Origin: Octopus vulgaris
Lineage: Eukaryota
DNA: 64,000 bases
NCBI GenBank assembly: GCA_951406725.2
Contig: OX597824.1
Location: 43,090,001-43,154,000, forward strand
Direction: 5' to 3'
Shown here: piece after piece, positions 26,841 to 40,629 of the stretch
Layout: the number at the start of each line of letters is the position of its first letter
Numbering within the stretch: the first letter of the stretch is position 1
Position numbers and translations under genes: made by a program
Notes under the pieces: generated by a model
Told to the model about the DNA's origin: nothing
The model's input: only the letters and a program-made list of their open reading frames with translations
The model's database searches: none

Positions 26841-26999
26841 ATTGATGCTTGAATTGCTTACTGTCAATTGCTCTCTGGACTGTGGCCATGCTCAAAATCA
26901 CATACCGATTATAGTAGTATGTTGGATTACAGATACACACAAATGCGCGCGCGCATACCACACACATACGCAGACATACACACACGGGGATATATGTGT

Positions 27000-27067
<68 letters not shown>

Positions 27068-27093
27068 GTGTGCGCGCGCGTGTGTGTGTGTAT

Positions 27094-27778
<685 letters not shown>

Positions 27779-27909
27779 TATATATATATATATATATATA
27801 AATTTCCAAGCAAGAAAACACAGAAAAAAACACAGCAACGCGAGGACGTGGAACAATTAAAGTATTATTTGACGCTCAGGAAAGAAGGGAAACATACATA
27901 TATATATAC

Positions 27910-27942
<33 letters not shown>

Positions 27943-29027
27943 CATTATATATATATCTGTGTGTAGTATCTGTGCGTGCATGTCTGTGTGTGTTTTTGTA
28001 TGTGTGTATGTGTTTGTACAATCATTCTTAAGTTACACGTACAGCAACATAAAAACTTGTAAAAACAATGAAGACACCCGGTGTCCATGGTGACTATAGA
28101 TTTATGCTGACACAACTGTGATACAATGACTAGCGGCAAAATATAGTGTCACGATCCACCACTACTACTACTACTACTACTACTATTGTTGCTGCTGCTG
28201 CTGCTGCTGCTCATGCAAGAACTACTGCTACTGCTGCTACTTGACAGAATCGTTGGAACAGTAGACAATATGCATTATCTCCCTTTACGTTATTCGAATT
28301 CCCTCACATCAATTATATTGAACTTGCGGGTGTGAACGATGACCACCTCGTCGCTTTTTGGCATTTACCATCCCGTCGTTCACGCGCACTCACCCATAGA
28401 CAGGCGCGTGCGCGCGGAGCTTGCACACAAGCGCGTGCGCGCGGAGCTTGCACACAAGCGCGCGCACATATACTCACATGCACGCATAGTCACATACACT
28501 CATACACGCGCTCACACAGACGCTCTTTCTGTGTCTCTCTCACTTTCTCACACACATACGCACACACACACGCAAACACGTACTCGCACAAACACATACA
28601 CATACCCACATGTGTGTTCGTTTTCTTTCTAGTTTCAGTTATTGATTCGACTGCGCCCTTGCTGGGGCACCGCGTCAAAGATGTTAGTCGAACGAGTCGA
28701 TCCCAGTACTTATTCTCTTTAAGTCCGGTAATTATTCTATCCGTTTCTTTTGCCGAAACTTCCATATTATGTGACGTAATCAAACCAGCACCGGTTATGT
28801 AGCAGTTTTGAGGACATACACAATCACAGATAAATATACATGTGTAAATACATATACATATATATATGTTTGTGTGTGTGAGTATGTGTGTATATATATA
28901 TGTGTGCGTGTGTGTGTGTGTTTGTATATATGTATGTGCGCACGCGCGTGTGTGTGTGTGTGTGTGTGTGTATTTTAGAAATATTGCATTTCTAAATCTC
29001 TCAGAGAGAATTATACAGCAGCAGCAA

Positions 29028-29394
29028 GTGGAGGTGCAATGGCCCAATGGTTAGGGAAGCGGACTCGCGGACGTAAGAGCGCGGTTTCGATTCCCAGATC
29101 GGGCGTTGTGTGTGTTTATTGAGCGAAAACACCTAAATCTCCACGAGGCTACGGCAGGGGGTGATGGCGACCCCTGTTGTACTCTTTCGCCCCAACTTTC
29201 TCTCACTCTTTCTTCCTGTTTCTTGTCCCCGACTTCCTACGCAACTGCTGAGCCTAGATGCGCATTCATCCATCCGACGAGGCTCTCGGTATCGGGAGTT
29301 GACCTGCTTTCTCTTCTGCGGGTCTTACGAATAGCAAAGGACCACGCTTCGGACTTCTCCCAGGCACTCAACAAACAAACAAGCAAACAAACAA
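29028..29394 (+). mobile_element. Full-length tRNA-derived SINE, family D, with TSD
   Basis: A-box TGGCCCAATGG (29040), B-box GGTTTCGATTCC (29083), (CAAA)n tail. 12-bp TSD ACAGCAGCAGCA at 29015-29026 and 29395-29406. Confidence 0.88.
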
Positions 29395-29412
29395 ACAGCA
29401 GCAGCAGGATAA

Positions 29413-29773
29413 AGTGATGGTTTGTTGCCAACTTAATGTGGCAGTCCCAGGAAGGGGAAGAATGCAATATTTCTAATTTTGTAGATCAGTGAATTTATTT
29501 CACTTGAAACTCTATAAGTTTTCAAAGGTGAGTAAGCATCGACATCTAACAAACCCAGCTACTCCAGACTGATGAAGAGCAATGACTCTGAAACTAGTCT
29601 CTGGATGCTGGCTCTGCTGGGTGGAGGTGCTTTTCTCCTCTGTTTGAAAACTTAAGGACACAGAATGCTTGTGTCACATAGCCAACTGGAATCGTTGTTT
29701 CCTGGGGCTAAATAGCAGTAGCATTCTTCCCTTTCCTGGGACTGCCACATCAAGTTAGCAACAAACCATCACT
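29413..29773 (+). mobile_element. 361-bp ORF-less cassette with ~53-bp terminal inverted repeats enclosing an intact hammerhead
   Basis: AGTGATGGTTTGTTGCCAACTTAATGTGGCAGTCCCAGGAAGGGGAAGAATGC (29413-29465) versus the reverse complement at 29721-29773. Confidence 0.8.
29555..29611 (+). ncRNA. Type I hammerhead ribozyme, intact core
   Basis: Stem I TCCAGA/TCTGGA extended by CCAGC/GCTGG; CTGATGA (29569-75); stem II AGAG-caatga-CTCT; GAAA; C-TA-G; TC with predicted cleavage after 29599 (GUC). Confidence 0.9.
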
Positions 29774-29864
29774 ATACATATATATATATATATATATGCA
29801 TATGTATATGTATGTATGTATGCACGTATGTATGTATGTGCGTACATGTATAAGTATATGTGTG

Positions 29865-29917
<53 letters not shown>

Positions 29918-29923
<6 letters not shown>

Positions 29924-30172
29924 GAAGGTTTGAAAATGCAGTTTTAAAAGATGTTTATTCACTTGACCGGTTTCATTTATATAGAAAATATTGTCAAAAG
30001 TAACACGTAAAAGTTTTGTTGTGTTAGGTACTGGTTGTCAATATTTTGTGACAACCAGTACCTAACACAACAAAGCTTTTACATGATACTTTTGACAATC
30101 TTTTTGTAAAAAAGTGAAATCGGTCAAGTGAATAAACATCTTTTAAAATTGCATTTTCAAACCTTCTTTCAT
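29918..30172. repeat. 255-bp fold-back palindrome with mirrored hammerhead relics
   Basis: Arms pair around the 8-nt loop at 30041-30048; the innermost 26 bp are perfect. Confidence 0.93.
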
Positions 30173-30276
30173 ATATATATATATATATATCCTGCTTCCA
30201 TATTTCCTGAGCGCCTATTAATAATAATACTGTAATTGTTCCACTGTTGTTGTTTTTTTGTTTTCCCGTTTGGATT

Positions 30277-30328
<52 letters not shown>

Positions 30329-30397
30329 CACACACATATACTTATACATGTACGCACATACATACATACGTGCATACATACATACATATACATATGC

Positions 30398-30456
<59 letters not shown>

Positions 30457-30664
30457 ATATAATATACATACACACTCATACATAAAAGCATATATATTCA
30501 TAAATTTTGTATGTGTATATGTATTATGTATATGTATTTCTCTCTCTTTCTTTCACTCGCACGCACACGCACACATGTAATTGTATGTATTCTGAAGTGT
30601 AAATGTATGTATATGTATATGTTTGTGTGTGTGTGCGTGTATGCGTGTATGCGTGCGTGTGTAT

Positions 30665-30764
<100 letters not shown>

Positions 30765-31932
30765 CCAGTCCTCCAAGGTGGAAGCGCATGTTAAATTACG
30801 CTACTCTACCAGTTCTCCCTTACGACTTAATCTCTACATTTTTTACTCTCTGCAGTTACCTCTTCGTATAATTCTTGACTCTACCTTTCCCCCAATTCAT
30901 TTTTCTTCCCTACTTTCTTCCACAAACCTTTTTACATTTTTCTTCGTACGTTGTAAAAGCACCTTTCACCGAAAGTTGAGACTTTTCTCTCCTCACGAGG
31001 GATCTTCACTAAAACTTTTGTACAATAAACCTTCATGTCCTGTTTCTGTTAATCTGTCATTATTGTCAGCAGAGTTAAAATTAAAATCTACTGTACTACT
31101 TACCTAGCGTAACCCATCGTCTTAAAAACATAAAAACACACAAGATAACGTAGCCATAATCTATGGCTTCATAATCTTATGTGCCTATGTTGTGATTGTT
31201 ACGTTTCGAGCATCTTTGGGTATTGCTGTATCTAAGTTTATCAGGGTGTCTATTATACGGGTGTCTAATATACCTGAGTACTTGGGTTGATCTGCATGTC
31301 TAATATACTGGTGTCTATTATAATTCCATTTACATCTTGGACACTTTGTAGGAATACCAAATCAACCCTGAAAGAAGGACGGCAAAATTTGGCAGGATTT
31401 GAACTCAACTTTAACGAAAGGGCTATAGCAATAAGGTGCAGTGGTTTGGTCGGCACATCTACCGATTCTAATAGTAATGGAGGATAATATTAATATTTTC
31501 TGACAACAATAGATATCTATATTTATTTATAAGGCTTCAATAGATATTTATTTAGTGTCGATCGCTGATCAGGGATGACGCTCCCGGTTTCCTTACTCTT
31601 ATCCAATGAAAATCCGTCGTTCAATGGTGAGGATTCAGTTATTCTATCAAAAGTTTTACCTGCTCTAGAATTAATGTGTAAGTGATTATGTATATTCAAA
31701 AGACCCGTGTACCCTTAATGCAATATTCAGGTAGAATCAGCGTAACATTGTGTCTGACAAGGCTGTACCTTTTGAATTACCAGTACAATCCACCCGACGA
31801 GCTTCTATGCAGTTTCTGTCACTCGTTTTCACTCATAAGGAATGGGTCGGCTCAAGGATATAGAAAATTACATTTGTCAAAGATGCTATGCTGGTGTTTC
31901 GAACCAGGAGCCTTGAGATTGCGATGCGAACT

Positions 31933-32049
31933 TTAGTCGGCCTGAGGCTATAGTAAAAAGATACTTGCCCAAGGCGCCACACAGTGGGACCGAACCCGGA
32001 ACCATGTGCTTGGGAACCTAACTTCTTACCACACATCCACACCTGTGCC
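31933..32049 (-). mobile_element. SINE family A, head portion
   Basis: Minus GCACAGGTGTGGATGTGTGGTAAGAAG..GGGTTCGGTCCC..CCTTGGGCAAGT. Confidence 0.85.
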
Positions 32050-32053
32050 TATG

Positions 32054-32716
32054 TACTAGGGGAAGTCAAAAATTATCTGCACTTTCACCATAACATATCT
32101 TTATTATTGTCACACCGCCTTCTGCGCATGCGTACTTATAGTTGATACTATTGTGGTCACGTAATCGAACTTTAAGTCTGATCGCGCCATTTTTATTTCT
32201 GACTTTACAGTATAAGCATGGCCGCTTCACTAGCAATGCGCACCAAAAAAGAACAAAAAGTAGTGATCTGACAGATGGTAATGGTGAACCGGTTCATCAT
32301 TACCATGACTCGAACTTGCTGATTCTTCTCGTCAGTGGTAGAAGTTGACGGGCGTCCTCCTTCCTCTTCGTGAGTCAAGCTTGTCCAGCCACTTTTAAAT
32401 TTCTCTATCCACTCATACATACTTCTACGAAGTAATGCACTGTCCCCGTATTGTGTTAAATGCCTCCGATGAATTTCAGCACCTTTCGACCAGAGAAATT
32501 GGATCACTGCTGTTTGGTCTTCTTTCATGCACATTGCTAGTGGAGCGGCTATGCTTACACTGTAATGCCAAATAGAAAAGTGACAAAATCATGCTCAAAT
32601 ATCGATCACGTGACCACAATTGTACCAACTATAAGCACGCATGCGCAGAAGGCAGTGTGACAATAATTAAGATATGTTATGGCGAAATTCCGGATAATTT
32701 TTGACTTGCTCTCGTA
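32054..32716 (-). mobile_element. Mariner deletion derivative with ~200-bp inverted arms
   Basis: TA-flanked arms, 32056-~32260 versus ~32512-32714. Minus ORF 32205-32534 (QTAVIQFLWSKG-AEIHRR..YGDSALLRRSMYEWIEKFKSG..GRPSTS) is a mariner N-terminal HTH. Confidence 0.9.
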
Positions 32717-32804
32717 CATTAATTATGAAGTATGAATTACAGTTACACCTCAGTATAGTTTCACGCAGTGACTGGACTCGGAACCAAGTGGTTGGGAAGC
32801 ATCT

Positions 32805-33200
32805 ATATTTAGAATTAATACCTTATAATTAGAATCCATGCACCCAGATGGACATTCTACAATGTCTTGGGCAAGGGCTTTTCGTGGTATACGATTCCAA
32901 TATAGAGTAGTTTTGTTTGCATTGTGCATTTGTTCTGGGGATAAATCTTCCGTTGCCACTAATTCTGCAAATTCAACTACAGACTTTGATGCAGCTTTTG
33001 TGTCTGCGCTACACCTTTCCCCCGCGCACACTATCTACTGGAATTCTATGTCAGCACTTATACTTACGAAAATTCAAAATCGTAGTCTAACTTTTTGTCG
33101 TTTATGGAAAACTTTTGTCCTGCTCGATGGCATCTTCGGTCTGCTCCTGGCATCTTTCAAAGTTTTCTGAACTTTTAAACTTTGCTACTTTTCATTGCCA
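32805..33200 (-). mobile_element. pogo/Tigger (Jerky/CENP-B-like) transposase fragment
   Basis: GERCSADTKAASKSVVEFAELVATEDLSPEQMHNANKTTLYW matches the GE..SAD...LSPEQIYNADETGL.W motif. Confidence 0.8.
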
Positions 33201-33204
33201 ACAA

Positions 33205-33453
<249 letters not shown>

Positions 33454-34417
33454 TTGTTATGGTTCTTTTTTGACAAATAAAAACGAAACAAATGACTTAC
33501 TGTTAAACGAAATTAAACAAACAATCGATTAGTTAGCTGGATATTTAACTACTTGACTAATGATAAAGGAGTGGAATTGAACCAGTGCGTGTGTTGATAA
33601 TATTGGCATAATGACTTTCCCTAGAAACAACAAAATTTATTTCAACACACGAATTCACATAAAGAATCTTGCAAACCGATACAAAAACGAAATAATACTG
33701 TGCGCTTATTTTAATGATTTGCCAATGTCTACAATGAGTTTCTTTGTCCTAGATGTCAGGAAGACACTCGGTAAGAAATGGAAGCAAAATTGAAAGAAAG
33801 ATGATAAATAAAATTTTTTAAATTAAAATTGAAATCTTTTCCCCTTTGTTTCCTTAAATTATACTCAGTCGATGATCCGATAGCACAGTACTCACACAAT
33901 CTCTAACCGTTTTCCAATTTTTTCAGTAACATTACCTTTTCAAGTACAGATGATGCTGTATGTTCACGCTTTTCAGCACTAACGCCATCTCCCCTAGCTT
34001 TTTGGTCTCTCGGATGACATCCTGAAGGACTAAAACAGCTGATTAGAAATTAATAGAATTGTATCAAGACAATTAGCTGGTTTGTTCCAAGGCAAACATA
34101 GACAAGTCTGGTGCCTAACAGTGCCGACCTGGTGGCAGATCCGCAAACTGATGGCGGCAGATTCAAAACAGGGCGGACTATGAAAGTTGCCGGACCACAA
34201 AATGCCAGGCAAAAGAGACTCAACCTGTACTTGATTCTCGAAGCCCGAAAGGATGAAAGGTAAAGTTGAGCTAAGCGGAATTTCGACTCACTACATAAAC
34301 AGCTGGAAGAAATACCGAAACGCATCTTTTTGCCCAACGTTTAAACGATTCTGCACGCTAATGGATTCTAATATAAGCACAAGGCTCCAGTCTCATTTTT
34401 CATAGTGCTTCTGTGGA

Positions 34418-34496
<79 letters not shown>

Positions 34497-34527
34497 ACTA
34501 CTACTACTACTGCTACTGCTGCTGCTG

Positions 34528-34619
<92 letters not shown>

Positions 34620-34660
34620 GTTACTACGACTGCTACTGCGGCTGCCTTCTGCTACTAGTA
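34418..34660. repeat. (CTA)n/(CTG)n compound microsatellite
   Basis: Directly visible; a similar (CTG)-(CTT)-(CTA) array lies at 37015-37210. Confidence 0.97.
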
Positions 34661-34783
34661 TTACTACAGTAATATCATTTCAACTATTACTGCAACAGAG
34701 AGTGGTTGTTGCGGCTTTATATTGATTTTACGATAATGATGATGTTGGTAGCGATGATGATGCTGGTGATGGTGGTGGTGGTA

Positions 34784-34814
<31 letters not shown>

Positions 34815-36045
34815 TGGTGGTGGTGGTAATGATAGGTGTGATGTATTTGTGGTAATCGTGTTAGTGGTGGGGATGGTAGTGAGAAACATTGTTGCAATGA
34901 TTGTTGTTGCTGTCTGTGGTGGTGGTTCTGGTTGTATTGGTAATGGTAGTGGTAATAATCGTAATGGTAGTATTATTGGTTATGGTTGTAGTGTCTGTGT
35001 CAATATTGTTGTTGGTGGATGTGGCGGGGATGGGGATGGTGGCGATGGAGGCGGTGATAGCGGCGGCGGTGGTGGTTCAGACGGCGGAAGATGGTTAGTA
35101 ATGATTAAAATGAAGCAAGAAGTGATTCTCTGCAGTTGCCGATGCTTTGAATGTTGTTGTTATTGCTGGTGTTGTTGTGGTTGCTGCTGTTGTTATTGAT
35201 GATGATGATGATGATGATGATGACGACGATGAAATTTGGCTCTTGGCCTCCATTGAAAAGCTTTATAAATAAAGTCATTCCAGCCATGACTATCCCGTTT
35301 TTTCTTTTGAGCCATGATATATCCAAGGACCATAGCATCCCCAGGTCAGCCCTGGCCGAGTACACCTATCCTCATAGGCATTCGAGCCATGACTATCCTC
35401 TATTTCTACCGCTAAGAATCATATTACTTATTTTACGCTTTCATTATTCAAGACATTAGGATGTACTTTGAGCGATATTTTGGCGGCTATTTCTAACAGT
35501 CGAGCGACTACGTTGACGCCGTCTCGTTAAGTAATAAACACACGCTTTGGTTAGTGGCTGCCTCGTGGTCTCATGGCTTTCACATCATTCGTAGCTCCCT
35601 TGCGACTTGGGACCTTCTCATGACTCTTGGCTTTCTCGGTGATTTGTAGTTTCTTCGTGGCTCTTAGCTTCTTTATGAATCTAGCTTGTAGCGGCTCCTG
35701 CCTCTGACATAGATTCGTTACTCCCTCAAGAATCATAGATCACTCCATCGTAGTTCCTCCGTGTGTCGTGCAATAATGGTGGTATTTTTTTGTCTCTGCT
35801 GCAGCTGCTGTTTCATTGATCGAACAGATCGATGATCACAAACATTGAAACCTTGAATAGCCATACTGAGTGTCTAAGTCTACCTATATAACATAATCTG
35901 TCAATTTTTCTTAAAAACAGTTTCGAGTTAGATGAGATTTGGTTTGTTTGCTGCTTAGTCCTAAATCAACTCTGACCACATAGACACGTGGATGATGATG
36001 ATGATGACAACAGTGATGATGATAATGTGTATATACATACATACA

Positions 36046-36120
<75 letters not shown>

Positions 36121-36163
36121 ATATATCGTTTAGGCATTGCGAGAGCAATAACCCGATGTGGAG

Positions 36164-36220
36164 GCTCCGATGAAGCTATATGGTTTTATTCAGGCACTTA
36201 ACTATGAAACAGCTGTAAGC
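36164..36220 (+). ncRNA. Hammerhead-like relic
   Basis: GCT-CCGATGA-...-GAAAC-AGCT-GTA-AGC; U4>C and a poorly paired stem II. Confidence 0.5.
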
Positions 36221-36272
36221 TAAAGAGTTTCATAAGATAATGTTCCATTCCTTTGCCACCTCCCTTTCTTAA

Positions 36273-36304
<32 letters not shown>

Positions 36305-36781
36305 CGACACGCGCGCACGCACACACATTGTACAATGTGCCCTACTTTTATGAGATGGTGGTATATGATTTGGTTGATATTTCCAACAGATCAAACAACC
36401 ATTAATGGCTCAGTTGTGTTTGTATTACTGAGATCGTGAAAACACAGTTGTAGCTTTGGCGCCAGCAATGGTACTTTGCTGTGGTTATTGTTACTTAACT
36501 TCAAGCCAACACCAACTGAGTATAGTTACGGAGTGACGCAGTGTACTGGGGTTTGCCGTTTTGTGAGTTTGGTACTGTTATGACGATCATATGAGAGTAG
36601 TAGTGATAGCGTAATGTTTGTTATTGCTGTCGTTAGTGTTAGCGGTAGTGGTGGCGGCGGCAGAAATAGCGATGGTGGTCGCTAGCGTGTTAATAGCGTT
36701 ATTCGTGCTGTTGTGTTAGTGGTAGCATGGCGATTTGTATGATAATGATGCTGCTGATATTGCTCTCGTTGTTGTTGCTGG

Positions 36782-36827
<46 letters not shown>

Positions 36828-37151
36828 GGTGGTGGTGGTGGTGGTGGTGGTGGTGGTGGCGGCGGCGACAGTGATCGTGGTGGTGGAGAGTCAAATCAAT
36901 AGCACTGCAGCGACGGACCACGACATTCGTGTAGCTGTACCAACATATCCTACTTCTTTGCTTGTGCTAACCGTATCTGAACAGAATCATCAATGCCACC
37001 GCCGCCGAGGCCACTACTGCTGCTGCTGCTGCTACTGCTACTGCTGCTACTGTCACAGCCGCTATTGCTACTGCTGCTTCTTCTTCTTCTTCTTCTTCTT
37101 CTTCTTCTTCTTCTTCTTCTTCTTCTTCTTCTTCTTCTTCTTCTTCTTCTT

Positions 37152-37211
<60 letters not shown>

Positions 37212-37450
37212 TTTAATCTAAACTTACTTGTTTCAGTCATTAGCTAGCGACCATACTGGGACTCCGCCTGGAAGGGTTTAGTTGATGAACTACTCCTAGC
37301 ATTTATTTTTACTTTGGGTTCATATTTTGTAGGTGTTTTTTTTGTTTTTTTTTTACCGAATCACTAAAATACGGGACAGATAAACATAACATCGCCGGTT
37401 GTTAAACCGTGAGAGTTAACCACAAAGGTATGCACGCACGCACTCACTCA

Positions 37451-37485
<35 letters not shown>

Positions 37486-39989
37486 TATATATTTTTTAAA
37501 GTTTGTTGTTTATGTAAGTCCGATTCTCTTCCCACCCCCTCATTTTTATGTAACATTTGTTCTTCCACTTTCCACTTCTACTTCCCTTCAGACTCTGTAC
37601 GTTTTACTTCTCTTCCTATTCCTCATTGTCTTTTATTATCGCATGCTCTCTCTCTCTTTCTCCCTCTGTATTTCTCTCTCTGTCACTCTTTCTCTTACTC
37701 TTTCTCTCTTTGTTGATATCAATTTCTCTTTTCTATCTCCCTCTCTTTCTCTCTCTAACGATTTTACTTCGTTTTCCCCTTTGACTGCTAATTGTTACAT
37801 CAATATCTCCCTCTTACAACTCCTCATGAAAATTTGCCAGAGCCTGAAATACAAGAAACACGAGCAAGAGCTAAAAAAGAGAGAGTAGACAAAATGAATA
37901 CTTCCATGTAAGAGAGAAATGGCAGAAGAGGAGAACTGTATTCTCTTGGCTGAACGTTATTATTTCTCTTTCTATATCTCCTCTTTTCTCTCTCTTACGA
38001 CTTTACTTTCATTATTTCTTCCTCTCTTTCGCTTTTTCTCAACACTTACTGCTCCGCATAAAAATTTGCAAGTGTCTTTGGAGGTTTAACATCAAAAGTT
38101 ATTTCATTTTATGAAAATATCTGGCACAAAAACGCTATCTTTGTTTACATTTCGAATGACAGAACACTGTGTGACGTAAGAGGTTTACGTCTTACGTTTT
38201 TTGGAATATCTTTGCTGTTTCTCTTTAGCCTTATAAACCATAGGTCAACGGCAGACAGTGATAAATTCATTCTACAACATTACCGCTCGATAAGCTTCTT
38301 GATTGTTCTTTTTTTTCCATAAAAGTTTTTTCCCTCCCTTACATAACAGAAAATACCACTTGCTAACAATTGCTTTTTTAGTAATTTGTTTCTATCAATA
38401 CTACACTTTGATCTTAGCCAAAAAACCAAAATGCGATCAATAGTGCCACAGAAAAGATGTGCCCCAAGCACAGTCATTTCAGATGCCAAACGCAAATATG
38501 TTCTGAGGGCAGCAACAACAAATGAACAGCGTTAATGCTGCTAGGAATGCAGTCACCGTAAATAGATGCTATGTCAATCTGTCCATAGATAATTGGAAAC
38601 GCTTGATGAACGACAGGCTCACTTTCAATAAAATGCTGCTAGTTAGGTTGTACGTAGACACCATAAACCTCACTGCAGCGCCAGGCCACGCAGGACGGTC
38701 AAAGAGTAAAACAAGTAGAGACTTGATCCTCGCCATACATAAGTGCTTAGCCAAAATACAGGAACAAGAAATGAATGCAATGCTGATCCACCAGAGCTCT
38801 CTGAAGGAGCTTCTTACTACTGCGTACGTTGTTTTAAAGAACGTCAGATAATCTAGCTCTGCTTTCATAATGTTTTTGTTTGGAAGCACCATCATTAGAG
38901 ATGGGAAATTCATGCCAACCTCTAAAAGCATAACAGCAAATGTACCACAAGATCGGTTCACTTCAGTTCATCTCCAAGGAGGAGTTGTTTCTGCAGCTCT
39001 ACCTTGTTGATGATTTAAGGAGACAGGCTCATTGAATAAATACCATCTTCCGAAAAAGAAAGTGTCTGTGTTCAGTGTTTTCAATCCTGTACACCATACA
39101 CTTTCTTTCGTCATAACTACCATTAGACACATGTAACTTGTCTGCCTTTCCAAATCAAAGTGAAGCAATGAAATGATCTATAAGATGAACTAGGTTAATA
39201 GTCGGATCCATCCTGCTTTCAACAGTAGGTGTTTGACATAACTCCACAAATATACTCTTATACGCATGTACAGAACGGGTTTGTCGCTCTAAGCGCACCT
39301 CTCATAGGGCCGGCAGATGGCATCTCCGGTTGAGAGTTAATCTCGAACCGACATTGGCCTCCTGTGGCTCTGCTAAGCTAAAATTCGTCGGGAGAAGCCC
39401 TGCCGGTTGATTCAAGTTAATGCTTTATTTCCCTACCACTATTTTTCTATTTTTCTAATGATCACCATGAATGACAATTAGAGGGCTGTTAGCGCCTGAC
39501 AAAATTCTAGATGCCAGACGTCTAATCTTTGTATTGGCTTGACTTAGGATTTCGTTTCTATTAAAGAGATGAGCTAAGAAAAGTTAATGCCGTGCAATGA
39601 CTACCACACCTACTCGTTATCCAGGAATTTTTGAAGATACCACAGCCTGATCGTAATTCTATGTATCATCATCCACGCCCTACAGAATCATCCGTGCAGA
39701 GGATGTTGACAGCAACTGAAACCCCTAAATGGTAACTCAAAGAACCACACAAATCTCAGAATACTTTGTCTACTAATGACAAGTGCCTACTTCCCAACTG
39801 TGTTCTTTAATGTACAGGTGCATGTTGAGAATGGATCTATTCACCGGGACTATATTGACGAATATCACCAACCTTTTGTATTTTGAAAAAACTTATTTGC
39901 TTTATTCGTCAAGTTACAACAAAGTAAGTCTAGCAATCAAAGTGGAGGTCATCGTGTTGCACTGTCTGAGACGACATTTCTGTCAGATC

Positions 39990-40496
39990 TTTGATCTCAC
40001 ACTGATAACAGTTCTTGTACTTCAAGGCAAAAACTCTTTCACTGAAGATTCCACTTTCTCTTGGTTGATAAAGCGTCGCCGGCGCAGAGAGGAGCCATGG
40101 ATTGAAACTATAATCTGAGGGATCAAGGTCCGGATTATATGCTTGATGCAGTATCAGTTCGATTCCCTCAAGTTCCTGGAGCTTTTTCCTGGTCGATGAG
40201 CGGAATAAGGTCTTGCGTTGTCTTCTTACACAAGAGTTTCTGTTAATCCCAGCTGGGTATTTCGCCGCTCAATGGCACACATCGGTGAGATGATGAGCTC
40301 ACCTAATACTCTCTCTAGTCGCTAGATGTGCCTCTATGACTTGGATCAGGGTATCGGAATCAACGGTTTTCGATCTACCTGACCTTGTCTGATTGTCAAG
40401 GTTCTTGCAACCCGAGCGAAATTTCCACAAACTAGCACATAAACTGCAAAACTTTTGACCCGCCTCAATACTTCGTGTCGAAAAAGGGTCGAGTGC

Positions 40497-40500
<4 letters not shown>
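39990..40500 (-). mobile_element. Mariner (DD34D) transposase relic with internal deletion
   Basis: Minus strand: [24 protein letters not shown], then EDNARPYSAH (~40209-40225) and LHQAYNPDLDPSDY (~40110-40150), which corresponds to HPPYSPDLAPSD. Confidence 0.85.
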
Positions 40501-40549
<49 letters not shown>

Positions 40550-40629
40550 ATACATAAATATGTAATATAAATAATATATAAATATATGCATATATATATA
40601 TATATATGTACATACCTACATATATATGT

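Noticed and set aside
29028-29105. tRNA gene (also the heads of SINE families A-C)
   Set aside because: A and B boxes are present, but the heads run into SINE bodies and tails and I could not build a clean cloverleaf.
38522-38961. Overlapping 109-aa and 130-aa ORFs in complex sequence
   Set aside because: No recognisable motif; may be a decayed TE but cannot be assigned without a search.
39818-39923. Possible plus-strand exon (TACAG|...AAA|GTAAGT) with one open frame
   Set aside because: Weak pyrimidine tract, unrecognised peptide, and flanked by TE relics.
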